In this document: piece by piece, positions 8,295-18,204 of the stretch
How the letters are laid out: each line of letters begins with the position of its first letter
Position numbering within the stretch: position 1 is the first letter of the stretch
From: Dehalococcoides mccartyi
GTDB taxonomy: Bacteria; Chloroflexota; Dehalococcoidia; UBA2979
Direction: 5' to 3'
DNA length: 64,000 nt
NCBI GenBank assembly: GCA_945865925.1
Contig: CAMBFG010000006.1
Coordinates: forward strand, 64,760-128,759
Notes under the pieces: generated by a model
What the model saw: only the letters and a program-made list of their open reading frames with translations
Told to the model about the DNA's origin: nothing
Database searches by the model: none
Program-made: the position numbers and the translations under genes

Positions 8295-9926
8295 TCACAG
8301 CGGCAGGCGGTCGCTCCGGTCGTCCCGTCGAGGCGGCTCCAGCGCCTTCCGCGCCTCCGGCAACGCACGCAGGAGGTCGGACGCCAGCGTCCCGGCTTCC
8401 CCGTAGACCGCCGAGACCTGCCGAGCGGCCTCTGCATGCACCCAGACGGCCACACAGGCTGCCTCGAAGCCTGGGAGGCCCTGGGCCGCGAATCCGGCCA
8501 CGAGCCCCGCCAGGACGTCCCCAGTGCCCCCGTGGGCCAGTGCCGAGGTCGCCGTCTCCGAGATTCGCGCTCGGCCGTCCGGCGCGGCGATGACCGTCCC
8601 AGCGCCCTTGAGGATGACCACGCTCGAGGTCTCCGCCGCCAGCCCGAGGGCGCTCGCGAGGCGGGCCGCCTGGATTGCCTCGATCGGCTGCCCCGTGAGC
8701 CGCGCCATCTCCCCGGGGTGAGGCGTGAGGACGCGAGGCGCGGCAAACCGCGTGTGCCATCCATGCTCGCCCGCCAGCACCGTCAGCGCGTCCGCGTCGA
8801 AGACGACCGTCTCCAGCCCCTCGACGCCGTCGAGGCCAGCCAGGAGGTGCTGCACGAAGCCTCGGGTGCCGTCCGACAGCCCCATGCCCGGGCCGACCAA
8901 CAGCGACCGCGCACGACCCCTGCGGAGTGCCTGCAGCAGGGCTCGTGCGCCCTCGGGTGTATGGGCGCCATCGAGGTCGGGGAGCGGCTCGTGCGTCGCG
9001 TCGGCGAAGGACACCAACAACGGTTGGATCGAGGCGGGCGCGGCCAGCGTGACCACACCACAGCCTGAGCGTGCCGCCGCCTCGGTCGCGAGGCGAGCCG
9101 CGCCGGGGTACCGCCGCGAGCCGGCAGCGATGACGGTCGTGCCAAACGTGCCTTTGTGCCCATCCGCCGGTCGCTCCGGCAGCGTCGCGCGCACCTCACG
9201 GAGCACCAGCGTGCCGAGGCCGAGCCGAGCGCGCGCCTCGGCGGGCACCCCGATCTCGACGGGTACCACGCGGCCTGCGAGCAGCGCGCCGGGCGTAGTC
9301 ACCAGGCCGACCTTGGTGCATTCGAACGTCACGGTCTCGTCAGCACTCGGCGTCAGCGGGTCGGCGTAGCCGGTGTCACTGTCGACGCCGCTTGGGAGGT
9401 CCACCGCCAGCAGCGGGATCGCGGGTGCCGAGGCGCGCGCCGCCTGCAGCCGTGCGAGCACCTGCGCCGCGTCGCCCTCGATCGGGCGCTCCTGCGGACG
9501 CAGACCGGTCCCGAAGACGGCGTCCACCGCAACCGCTGCGGTCGAGAGCAACTCTTCGAGGGTGGCGTAGCCAGCGTCTTCCGTCGCGATCGTGTGCGGC
9601 ACGCCCGCCTCGATGCACGCGCGCCACTCGAGGTCGTCCTCGGCTCGCGCACGCAGCAGGTAGACGTGGACCGGCGCACCCCACTCCGCGAGGCGTACCG
9701 CGGCGACGAGGCCGTCCCCGCCGTTGTTCCCCGACCCCGCGAGGATCAGCACCGGACGCTCCTCAGAGCCGCCCGCCATCATCCACGCTTCCTGCGCGAC
9801 CGCGAGGCCCGCATTCGCCATCAGTTCACGCTCGGAGACACCGGCAGCGACGGCGGCGGCTTCGAGGTCGCGCATCTGCGCCGCTGTCGCGAGCGGCGCC
9901 ATCGGCCGACCGAGGAGCGGGCTCAT
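8295..9926 (-). CDS. nnr: Bifunctional NAD(P)H-hydrate epimerase/dehydratase
   Basis: YjeF_N GSGNNGGDG, DAVFGTG, DLPSG; YjeF_C HKGTFG, TPHPGE, GGTGDVLAG. Confidence 0.95.
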   Translation of the reverse strand: MSPLLGRPMAPLATAAQMRDLEAAAVAAGVSERELMANAGLAVAQEAWMMAGGSEERPVLILAGSGNNGGDGLVAAVRLAEWGAPVHVYLLRARAEDDLEWRACIEAGVPHTIATEDAGYATLEELLSTAAVAVDAVFGTGLRPQERPIEGDAAQVLARLQAARASAPAIPLLAVDLPSGVDSDTGYADPLTPSADETVTFECTKVGLVTTPGALLAGRVVPVEIGVPAEARARLGLGTLVLREVRATLPERPADGHKGTFGTTVIAAGSRRYPGAARLATEAAARSGCGVVTLAAPASIQPLLVSFADATHEPLPDLDGAHTPEGARALLQALRRGRARSLLVGPGMGLSDGTRGFVQHLLAGLDGVEGLETVVFDADALTVLAGEHGWHTRFAAPRVLTPHPGEMARLTGQPIEAIQAARLASALGLAAETSSVVILKGAGTVIAAPDGRARISETATSALAHGGTGDVLAGLVAGFAAQGLPGFEAACVAVWVHAEAARQVSAVYGEAGTLASDLLRALPEARKALEPPRRDDRSDRLPL

Positions 9927-10396
9927 TCGCGTGCCCCATCACCCTCGGGGTCGTCGGTCATCAGGCCACGTTCGCGCAGCCGCGCAATCAGGCGCGCTCG
10001 ACCGGCCATCGGGTCTTCCTCCAGCCGCTCCTGCGTGCACACGACGATCGCCATCGCGAACGATTCGAGGTGCGTGAGCGAGACATCAATGGCGTCCAGG
10101 CCGATCGCGTCCGCGCGCCGCCGGGCGCCGCCGTACAGGTACACCACCGGCTTCCCTCGACGGTCGGGGAGCACCTCGATGTCGCGCCAGGCGACCGAGC
10201 GTGCCCCGGTACCGAGGGCCTTCATTGTGGCTTCCTTGGCGGAGAAGCGCGCAGCCAGTTCTGGCACACGGCCGCGGCAGAAGGCGGCTTCGGCGCTTGT
10301 GAAGACGCGGTTGATGAACCGCTCCGGGTGCTTCGTCAGCACCGCGGCGACACGGTCAATCTCGATCAGGTCGATGCCGATGGCATGCGTGCTCAC
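9923..10396 (-). CDS. acpS: Holo-ACP synthase with C-terminal extension
   Basis: IGIDLIEI, RFSAKEA, VSLTH; GTG start at 10396 after GGAGG. Confidence 0.93.
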   Translation of the reverse strand: MSTHAIGIDLIEIDRVAAVLTKHPERFINRVFTSAEAAFCRGRVPELAARFSAKEATMKALGTGARSVAWRDIEVLPDRRGKPVVYLYGGARRRADAIGLDAIDVSLTHLESFAMAIVVCTQERLEEDPMAGRARLIARLRERGLMTDDPEGDGARE

Positions 10397-10469
10397 TGGC
10401 CCTCCGGCCCGCGAATCTAGCACGATCCCGTGTCATACTCGCCGTGCCCACCACCGCAGGAGGCTGCCC

Positions 10470-11360
10470 GTGACCGCGAAGATCATCGACGGCACCGCCA
10501 TCGCCGCCGCCGTGCGCGCGGAAGTCGCCGCCGAGGTCGCGCGCGACACCGCAGCCGGCTACCGCCCACCTCACCTCACCGTCGTCATCGCCGGTGACGA
10601 CCCCGCCTCGCACGTCTACGTCCGCAGCAAGGGCCGCGCCTGCATTGAGGCCGGGATGACGCACGAGACGATCGCCCTGCCTGCCGACGTCACTCACGCC
10701 CAGGTGATCGAGGTGATCCGTCGCCTCAACGCGGATGACGGCGTGGACGGTGTCCTCGTGCAGATGCCGTTGCCCTCGCAGGTGGACGCGCAGGCCGCGA
10801 TGGCCGCCCTCGACCCCGCCAAGGATGCCGACGGGCTGTCGCCCTACAGCCTCGGGCGCCTGCTCCAGGGCGACGCGCCGATGCCACCCTGCACGCCGTC
10901 CGGCATCGTCGAGATGCTGCGCCGCTCGGGCATCGACACCCAGGGCGCGCGCGTCGTCATCGTGAACCGCTCGATGCTCGTGGGGCGTCCGCTCGCGATG
11001 CTGCTTTCCAACCGAGGCGCCGGCGCGAACGCCACCGTGACCGTTGCGCACACCGGCACGAAGGACCTCCCGAGCGTGATGCGCGAGGCTGAGATCCTGG
11101 TGACGGGGATGGGCCAGGCGCACGCCGTCACCGCCGACATGATCCGACCCGGTGCCGTGGTCATCGACGTCAGCGTGGTGCGCATCCCGGACGCGACGAA
11201 GAAGGCCGGCACTCGCCTCGTCGGCGACGTGGACTTCGAGGCGGCGCGCGAGGTCGCCTCGTGGATCACGCCCGTGCCCGGTGGTGTAGGCCCCATGACC
11301 ATCGCGATGCTGATGAAGAACACCCTGACGGCTGCCCGCGCCCGGCGAGCCGCCCGCTAG
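10470..11360 (+). CDS. folD: Methylenetetrahydrofolate dehydrogenase/cyclohydrolase
   Basis: AKIIDG, YVRSK, PCTP, TPVPGGVGPMT; AGGAGG SD before GTG 10470. Confidence 0.96.
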   Translation: MTAKIIDGTAIAAAVRAEVAAEVARDTAAGYRPPHLTVVIAGDDPASHVYVRSKGRACIEAGMTHETIALPADVTHAQVIEVIRRLNADDGVDGVLVQMPLPSQVDAQAAMAALDPAKDADGLSPYSLGRLLQGDAPMPPCTPSGIVEMLRRSGIDTQGARVVIVNRSMLVGRPLAMLLSNRGAGANATVTVAHTGTKDLPSVMREAEILVTGMGQAHAVTADMIRPGAVVIDVSVVRIPDATKKAGTRLVGDVDFEAAREVASWITPVPGGVGPMTIAMLMKNTLTAARARRAAR

Positions 11361-11413
11361 CGGCTGGACGAACCTCGGCTGCGCGCCAGCGCGCGGCGTG
11401 CGAACATGGGCCC

Positions 11414-12536
11414 ATGGACGAACTACGCCAGCGCATCGCCGAACTCCTCGCGCGCGTGCGGGACATTCAGGTGCGACTTTGACCTCCCTGCACAGGAGCG
11501 CGAACTAGCGCGCGTCAGGCAGGAGGCGGAGGCGCCCACGCTCTGGGACGACCAGGCGGACGCCCAGCGCGTCATGAAGGCCGTCGCCCGTCTCGAATCC
11601 TTGATCGAGACGTGGAGCACCCTCGAATCCGGCTCGCAGGATCTCCAGACGCTCCTCGAACTCGCCGCCGAGGCGGATGAGGCGGAGCGCGCCGAGGTCG
11701 TCGCGGAGATCGAGGCCGAACTCGCGACACTGCAGGCCCGCTTCGACGCCCTCGAACTGTCGCTGACCCTCGGCGGACCCTACGACGTGCGGAACGCGCT
11801 GCTCTCGGTACACGCGGGTGCCGGGGGTACCGAGGCGCAAGACTGGGCGGAGATGCTGCTGCGGATGTACCTCCGCTGGGCGGAACAGCACGGGTTCACC
11901 GCGGAAATCCTCGCCATCTCCAGCGGCGAGGAGGCCGGCGTGAAGTCGGTCGACCTCAAGATCAGCGGTGACTATGCCTACGGCATGCTCCGCTCCGAAC
12001 GAGGCGTCCACCGCCTGGTCCGGATGTCCCCGTTCGACTCCTCGCACTCCCGCCACACCTCGTTCGCACTGGTCGAGGTGATGCCGGAAGCCGAGGTACA
12101 CGACAACACCATCGTGGTGAACCCGGACGACCTGCGGGTGGACACGTTCCGGGCGTCCGGGCACGGTGGCCAGAACGTTCAGAAGAACGATACGGCCGTC
12201 CGCCTGACGCACCTGCCAACCGGTATCGTGGTGACGTGCCAGAACGAGCGCTCCCAGGGGCAAAACCGGGAGAGCGCCATGCTCGTACTCAAATCGAGGC
12301 TCCTCGAACTTGAGATTGAGCGACGCGAGGCCGAGGCGAAGCGCCTGAAGGGCGCACACGTCGAGGCCGGGTGGGGGAACCAGATCCGCTCGTACGTCCT
12401 CCACCCCTACAAGATGGTGAAGGATCTGCGCACCGGGACTGAGACCAGCGACACCGCGCGAGTGCTTGACGGTGGTATCGATGAGTTCGTGGCGGCCTAC
12501 CTGCGCGGGCAGGTGGGGACGGAGGCGGCAGGATGA
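11414..12536 (+). CDS. prfB: Peptide chain release factor 2 (programmed +1 frameshift)
   Basis: ORF1 MDELRQR...VRL ends CTT-TGA-C at 11477-11483; the +1 frame carries the SPF and GGQ motifs. Confidence 0.97.
11469..11483 (+). promoter_or_regulatory. RF2 autoregulatory frameshift site
   Basis: AGGTG internal SD followed 3 nt later by CTT TGA C. Confidence 0.93.
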
Positions 12537-13912
12537 CCCACCGAGTGACGTTCGTCCGTGGCGCACGCTCCATCGAGGTCGCGGTGGTGCTCTTCGCACT
12601 GCTGCTGGGACTCGCGGTCACGCCTCGCACGGCCCACGCGGGCACCATCACCGCGGGCGACCCCACTACGACGAGCGCTGACCCGAAGGCCGTGGTCTTC
12701 AAGGTGACGGTGCAGGCGCCCTCGGGCCTCCAGACCGCGACGCTCGACTACAAGCTCTTCAACCCAGACACGACCGTCGGTGGTAGCCAACAGGCCGAGG
12801 TCAACGGCAGCACCGCCACCGAAGTCACCGTCACCCTCAACACCAACTCCAACGAGCGCTACATCCCGATCGGCTCGTTCTTCAGGTACACGTGGACGCT
12901 GGTGGACAAGGACGGGACTCGCGTCGTCACGCCGGAGCGTTCGTTCGTCTTCCTCGATGGCCGCTACCAGTGGCAGGAGAAGACCACCGGCAACTTCACC
13001 GTCTACTGGTACGGCGACAACGTCCGCAATGCCGATCTGGCACTGCAGGCCGCGGCCGCCTCGACCGCCGACAACGAGAAACTGCTGAACGTCAAACTCA
13101 CTTATCCGATCCGCCTCGTCGTCTGGCGCCGGGAGTCTGAGGGCGAAGCGGCGCAGCAGTCGCGAGGTGGCTCGTTCGACCGTCAGGTCGTGACCGGCGG
13201 CGCGCGTGTGGCCCCCGATGTCGTCCACCTGTACGACCCGATCGGTGGGTTCGTTGACGTAGTGCGTCACGAGATCGCACACATCGTGACGAAGGTCGCG
13301 GGCGACGGGCCGTTCGGCCGGCTCCCCTCGTGGATTGATGAAGGCACCGCCGTATTTGCCCAGACGGATCCGGGTGGGTACCGCTTCGCGCTGCAGTCCG
13401 CGATCCAGTCCGACAACCTCACCCGGCTGAGGGCAATGTCATCCCCCGCCAACCAGGCGAACAAGGTGGACATCTTCTACGGCCAGTCGTGGGCCACGGT
13501 GAAGTACATGGTCGACAAACACGGACAGCCGAAGTTCGCCGACCTCTACAAGACGTTCCGGGCCAGCGGAGACATGGACGGCGCCCTGAAGCAGGTCTAC
13601 GGCGTGGACCAGGACGGTCTGTACAACGAGTGGCGGCAGAGTGTCGGCCTGAAGCCGATCGAGTTCCCCCCCGAGGCCTCCACGGGTAGCCCGCAGGCGC
13701 AGGGCACTCGCGCCCCACTCGGCATCGGTGTCCCCGGTGCGGGCGGGACGGTCTCGCAGGGTGCGGGCGGCGATGGCGCCACGACACCGGCGACCGCGAG
13801 CGGATCGAAGACGCTTCCGGCGATCATCGTTGGCCTCGCCACGCTGGCGATGGCGGCGGGGATGGGGTTCGGCGCCTTCCGGCTGCTCAAGAAACCGAAG
13901 ACCCGGGTTTAG
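12533..13912 (+). CDS. Secreted/membrane-anchored zinc metallopeptidase (MA clan)
   Basis: Signal peptide (AHA), HEIAH plus downstream WIDEG, C-terminal TM helix with basic tail; ATGA overlap with prfB. Confidence 0.85.
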   Translation: MTHRVTFVRGARSIEVAVVLFALLLGLAVTPRTAHAGTITAGDPTTTSADPKAVVFKVTVQAPSGLQTATLDYKLFNPDTTVGGSQQAEVNGSTATEVTVTLNTNSNERYIPIGSFFRYTWTLVDKDGTRVVTPERSFVFLDGRYQWQEKTTGNFTVYWYGDNVRNADLALQAAAASTADNEKLLNVKLTYPIRLVVWRRESEGEAAQQSRGGSFDRQVVTGGARVAPDVVHLYDPIGGFVDVVRHEIAHIVTKVAGDGPFGRLPSWIDEGTAVFAQTDPGGYRFALQSAIQSDNLTRLRAMSSPANQANKVDIFYGQSWATVKYMVDKHGQPKFADLYKTFRASGDMDGALKQVYGVDQDGLYNEWRQSVGLKPIEFPPEASTGSPQAQGTRAPLGIGVPGAGGTVSQGAGGDGATTPATASGSKTLPAIIVGLATLAMAAGMGFGAFRLLKKPKTRV

Positions 13913-13920
13913 CCCCTTGG

Positions 13921-14763
13921 CTATCGCCCCGGCACGATGAGCCCGCTCCCGCCGCTCGCTGCGGGTGGGGGCATCGAGGGCGCCCCGGCGGCGCTAGCGG
14001 CCTTCACCTGCTCCTCCGTGACGAACTCCGTCACGAAGAGACGTTCGCGCGTGACCGTCTGCTCATCGTTCGAGGCGATGCGCCATAACTGCTCGATCAG
14101 TTGGGGTTCGTCCCACGCGCCGGAGAACCGCCGACCCTCGATCGTCATCAGCGGCACCTCGGTGACGGCCTTGATCGAAGCGAGACGAGGGAACTCCGCT
14201 ACCTCGATCGCGGTGAGCCGGATGTTCTTGCTCTCCGCCGCGAACGCGCCGGCCAGCCGCAGCAGATGCCCGGAGTAGGCGTCGTACGGCGCGATGAGGA
14301 TCTCCACATCGAGCGCTCGAGGAAGTCCAGCCAGGGCAGCCTTCGTCTCCGGCTGCAGGGGCGTTTCGCCCGACAGGAAGGTCACCACGTCCAGCAGGGG
14401 CGGGAAGAGCATCCCGGAGACCAGACCCACGAGGCGTATCGACTTGCCGCTGCCGCGCAGCACCGTCGTCGGCGCCAGGTAGATCGCCTCGCGCTGCGCT
14501 CGCTCGGCGAACTGGTCGAGGGAGTACGGGGTGATCTGGATCGCGGGATGCAACGTGGCCAGCTGGCGCATCGCGGCCAGCATCACCTCGGCGTGGACGG
14601 CTCCGTCGCGGTCGGGCAGCACGATGCTGGTGTCGGGCCGCCACCACACCTCGAGGCTGACGCGGCGTGAGATGCGCTCAGAGAGCCAGCGCGCGATGGC
14701 GAGGGTTTCTTCGCGGCCAAGGGGGCCGGCGTTCGGGGTGGTTGCAGCGGCTTCGTTGGTCAT
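13921..14763 (-). CDS. Tandem thioredoxin-fold protein (AhpF-NTD/PDO-like) lacking all cysteines
   Basis: LQPETKAAL...VEILIAPYDAYS...IEVAEFPRLA...VTEVP...FSGA pattern; both CxxC positions replaced. Confidence 0.75.
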   Translation of the reverse strand: MTNEAAATTPNAGPLGREETLAIARWLSERISRRVSLEVWWRPDTSIVLPDRDGAVHAEVMLAAMRQLATLHPAIQITPYSLDQFAERAQREAIYLAPTTVLRGSGKSIRLVGLVSGMLFPPLLDVVTFLSGETPLQPETKAALAGLPRALDVEILIAPYDAYSGHLLRLAGAFAAESKNIRLTAIEVAEFPRLASIKAVTEVPLMTIEGRRFSGAWDEPQLIEQLWRIASNDEQTVTRERLFVTEFVTEEQVKAASAAGAPSMPPPAASGGSGLIVPGR

Positions 14764-15362
14764 CGGTCCTCCGTCGGTGCTGCGTCCTCTGCGATGAGCG
14801 CACGCGAACCGATCCACAGTCGCTGGAACGCCGTCAGCACCGTCAGCACGGCGAGTGCCCACAGTGCCGCGCGCGTGAGTCCGAAGAGCAGCGCCACGCC
14901 CACGAGCACCACGCGCTCCGAGCGCGTGAACAGCCCGTCCTTCAGCGCCAGTCCGAGGCCTTCCGCACGCGCTCGGACGTACGACACCATCAGCGACCCC
15001 ACCGTCGCGACGAAGGCGAGCATCGCCTGCTCGTCACTCCCGGTCTGAAGGGCGTACCAGAGCAGCCCGCCGAGGACGGCCGCCTCGGACAGCCGGTCGA
15101 GCGTGGAGTCGTACAGCGCGCCAAACCTCGATGCTGTCCCCGTCGCGCGGGCCAGTGCGCCGTCGAGCAGGTCGAGCGCGCTGAAGAACAGCACGGCGAT
15201 ACCCGCCAGCAGCAACTCCCCCTGCGACGCGAGCCATGCAGCAAACACGTTTCCGAGGAACCCCGCCGTCGTCAGCATCGCCGCCGTGACGTGCGCGGCG
15301 GCGAGGCCCCGGACGATCGGATCGAGGATGGCGGCTGGTGCTCGGCGCGGAAGAAGGCTCAT
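14760..15362 (-). CDS. CDP-alcohol phosphatidyltransferase (phosphatidylinositol-phosphate synthase-like)
   Basis: DLLDGALAR...GALYDSTLDR signature, SYVRARAEG, R.ER. Confidence 0.9.
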   Translation of the reverse strand: MSLLPRRAPAAILDPIVRGLAAAHVTAAMLTTAGFLGNVFAAWLASQGELLLAGIAVLFFSALDLLDGALARATGTASRFGALYDSTLDRLSEAAVLGGLLWYALQTGSDEQAMLAFVATVGSLMVSYVRARAEGLGLALKDGLFTRSERVVLVGVALLFGLTRAALWALAVLTVLTAFQRLWIGSRALIAEDAAPTEDR

Positions 15363-16528
15363 TCGCGCATCGCCAGACGGTGCCGGGTGGCGTCCATGCT
15401 GTCGCGCTGGTCGAGCAGGCGCTCGTAGTAGGACTCCACCTGCTGGCCGACGCGTGGCCAGGAGAATTCGTCTACGCGCAGACGGCCGCGCGCCGCCAAC
15501 CGTTCACGCTGCGCCGGGTCGCGCACCAGTGCGGTGAGCGCGTCCGCGAGTGCCATCGTGTCCTTCGGTCGTACGAGCACGCCATCCACCCCGTGCGTGA
15601 TCACCGACGCATATCCATCGATGTTCGAGGCGACGACGGGCAGTCCCGCCGCCATCGCTTCCAGGAGGACGTATCCCTGCGACTCGTTGCCGAGCGCGGG
15701 AGAGCAGAAGACCTGCGCCGTGCGGTGATACCTCGGCAGCTTGTCGTAGGGCTGCTCCGGGACAAAGATCACACCGCGCTGGCCGCTCCGCTGCACCATC
15801 GCCTCGTACCGTCGGCGTGCACGCGAGTCTGGCCCGACGACGATCAACCGTGTGTCGGGGATGCGGGCGTTCACCACGCCGAAGGCGCGCAGCAGCGTCC
15901 CCAGGCCCTTTCGCTTCTCTGCCCGCCCCACGTAGAGGATGTTCATCGTGCCCTCGAACGCGGCGATCGGCTCGTGCCGAGGGTCGGCCCAGTGTTCGAC
16001 GTCGATGCCATTCGAGATGATGTTGTAAAACCCTGGGAAGTAGCGGCTCACGTACTGCGCGGCGGGTGGCGATACCGCGATCTTGCCATCGATCTCTCGG
16101 AACCAGCGCTTCAGCAGCCGCTGGCCGTATGCATACAATCGGTTCCCGCCATCCTTGCGTGCGTGGAACGTCCCGACCGTCACCGATCGAGGGCTCGCCG
16201 AGCGCGCGTTGCGCAGCACCTGGATCGGGAGCACGGGCATCAGCGGCTCATGGACGTGGATCACGTCGAACTGCTCGGCCGCCAGCAACTCCTGTACGCG
16301 CTTGCCGAGGCGAGGGTTTACGGGGATGCGCACCACGGATCCGGACGCTGCTACCGGGATCGGGCGGCCGATGACGTGGACGAGGGGGTCATCCACCTTT
16401 CGCGAGGCCGGAGCGATCACGTGTACCTCGTGCCCGCGTGAGCGCAACTCGTCAGCGAGGTGCAACACGTGGTTGTTCACGCCGCCGGGCGTGTGCCAGT
16501 CGTACGGGGACACGAGCGCGACCTTCAT
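15359..16528 (-). CDS. GT4 glycosyltransferase, PimA-like
   Basis: MKVALVSPYDW..PGGV..H, HVHEP, RKG, ESQGYVLLEAMAAG. Confidence 0.88.
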   Translation of the reverse strand: MKVALVSPYDWHTPGGVNNHVLHLADELRSRGHEVHVIAPASRKVDDPLVHVIGRPIPVAASGSVVRIPVNPRLGKRVQELLAAEQFDVIHVHEPLMPVLPIQVLRNARSASPRSVTVGTFHARKDGGNRLYAYGQRLLKRWFREIDGKIAVSPPAAQYVSRYFPGFYNIISNGIDVEHWADPRHEPIAAFEGTMNILYVGRAEKRKGLGTLLRAFGVVNARIPDTRLIVVGPDSRARRRYEAMVQRSGQRGVIFVPEQPYDKLPRYHRTAQVFCSPALGNESQGYVLLEAMAAGLPVVASNIDGYASVITHGVDGVLVRPKDTMALADALTALVRDPAQRERLAARGRLRVDEFSWPRVGQQVESYYERLLDQRDSMDATRHRLAMRE

Positions 16529-17322
16529 CGATGCGCCCTGACCCGGTCGCTGACGCGCTGCACGAACCGTCCGAGGGGCGGCCACAGGACCTTCTTCGGC
16601 GTGACGGAGAGCCCTCGCACCTGTTGGAGCGCGAGGCGTCCCGCGCCGATCTGGCGCAGCGGGATGCCGGCACCCTTCCGTCCCGCGCTCGTGCGCGCGA
16701 GGATCGCCTGCCGGACGTCGTCCGAGGTGCGCCCGGGGAACAGGGTGTACGCGGCGCCGACGGCTTCCGTGAAGTGCGCGTCGCTGCCGCCCGTCTCCGC
16801 CAGGCCCCAACGCGCACGGTTCATCTCGACCGCGCGGATGCCCGTGTCCCAGCCCGCCGAGGTCGGATTCGCGACCTCGATCCCGTCCGGGTGCGTCGTG
16901 GGGTCGCCGATGGCGAGGACGCGCTCAAGTGTGCGCCGCCCGATCGAGCGGGTGAGCAACGAAAAGGGATGCGGTACGACCGCGAGGCCACCCTGGGCGT
17001 GGATTGCCGCGACGGTCTCCTCCAGCGATCGGAACGATCGCACCGGCCGCTCCACCCACAGCGCCAGCAGGTGCCCGTGTTGGGTCGTGACCTCGATGCC
17101 GGTGACGAGTTCGAAGTGGTAGGGCGCCTGGGCGTGTACCTCGCGCGCCTCCAGGGCACCGCGGATGTCGTCGTGATCAGTGACCGCGATGACATCGAGT
17201 TCGCCGAGGACTTCGACGCGCTCGAAGATCGTGCGTGCGTCCTCCATGCCGTCACCGAACGCGGTGTGGACCTGCAGGTCGGCACGGCCAAAGCGGCGGG
17301 CGGGAGCAGCATCGTGGGGCAT
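16525..17322 (-). CDS. PHP-family phosphoesterase
   Basis: DLQVHT, TDHD, GIEV, HP, GGSDAH; TACAAT 7 nt upstream of ATG 17322. Confidence 0.88.
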   Translation of the reverse strand: MPHDAAPARRFGRADLQVHTAFGDGMEDARTIFERVEVLGELDVIAVTDHDDIRGALEAREVHAQAPYHFELVTGIEVTTQHGHLLALWVERPVRSFRSLEETVAAIHAQGGLAVVPHPFSLLTRSIGRRTLERVLAIGDPTTHPDGIEVANPTSAGWDTGIRAVEMNRARWGLAETGGSDAHFTEAVGAAYTLFPGRTSDDVRQAILARTSAGRKGAGIPLRQIGAGRLALQQVRGLSVTPKKVLWPPLGRFVQRVSDRVRAHR

Positions 17323-17327
17323 CGAGG

Positions 17328-18197
17328 TCATTGTAGCCCGCGCCAGACGGGCGCCAGCGGGAACCATTGCCCCGGTGTCCGTGCAATCGCCCGTTCGAGG
17401 GCGCGCACATACACCGCCTCGGCGGCTTCCACATCGCGGCGTCGGTCACCGCTCGGCTGCGGCAGCACCAGCCGCTCGACGGCCGCGGCGTACCGCCCCG
17501 GCCTCGTGCGCGTCACCCACCCGACGAGGACGGCCGCGCCCGTGCGCACCGCGATCTCCATCAGCCCGTCCGGCATCGCCGCGCGCTCCTCGAAGAACAC
17601 CGTCGGCTTCCCCGTCCCGAGCACATCGCGGTCGGCCAGTCCGCCGAGGACGCCTCCGCACCGCACGTGAGCAATCGCTGTCCGCAGCCCCGCCGTGTCA
17701 GGCGCCAGCATCCGCGCTCCCGCGCGCTCACGGCGCGCCTCGATCAATACGTGGACGCGAGGGTTCGACAATGGCTCGACGAAGATCGCGGACGGCAAGC
17801 CGAGGCACGGTAGGAGCGTCGCGATCACCTCGGGGTTGCCGAGGTGCGCGGACATCAGCACGACCCCACGCCCCTCGTCGTACGCCTCGAACAGCGCTTC
17901 GACGCCATCGATACGGTCGAGGCGTGCGAATGTCTCCTCCGGCGTCAGCCGTGGCATGAGCGCAAGGTCGATCCAGTACCACGCCGCCGTCCGGACGCAG
18001 TCGCGCGCCTCCGCCTCGATGTGACGGCGCGGCGCACCGCTCCCCAGGACGTGACGCATGTGGTCGGTCGTCGTCTCGCGCAGCCGTCGCGAGGCGGGCC
18101 AGACGAGGCCGCCGCCTGCCCACACGAGCGCGGCCAGCACGCGCAGCGGCACGCGTGGGAGCACGAGCAGGAGTGCCCGGAGCAGCCAGTACGGCAT
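17328..18197 (-). CDS. Lysophospholipid/PIM acyltransferase (PatA/HtrB family)
   Basis: HLGNPE, LADRD, FFE, P.QW motifs. Confidence 0.85.
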   Translation of the reverse strand: MPYWLLRALLLVLPRVPLRVLAALVWAGGGLVWPASRRLRETTTDHMRHVLGSGAPRRHIEAEARDCVRTAAWYWIDLALMPRLTPEETFARLDRIDGVEALFEAYDEGRGVVLMSAHLGNPEVIATLLPCLGLPSAIFVEPLSNPRVHVLIEARRERAGARMLAPDTAGLRTAIAHVRCGGVLGGLADRDVLGTGKPTVFFEERAAMPDGLMEIAVRTGAAVLVGWVTRTRPGRYAAAVERLVLPQPSGDRRRDVEAAEAVYVRALERAIARTPGQWFPLAPVWRGLQ

Positions 18198-18204
18198 TCG
18201 AGGG

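Noticed and set aside
8190..8296. ACAGGTGT inverted pair, weak LexA-like boxes and TTGACG...TATAGT upstream of fabD
   Set aside because: The boxes have mismatches and the -35/-10 spacing is 20 nt; too weak to call
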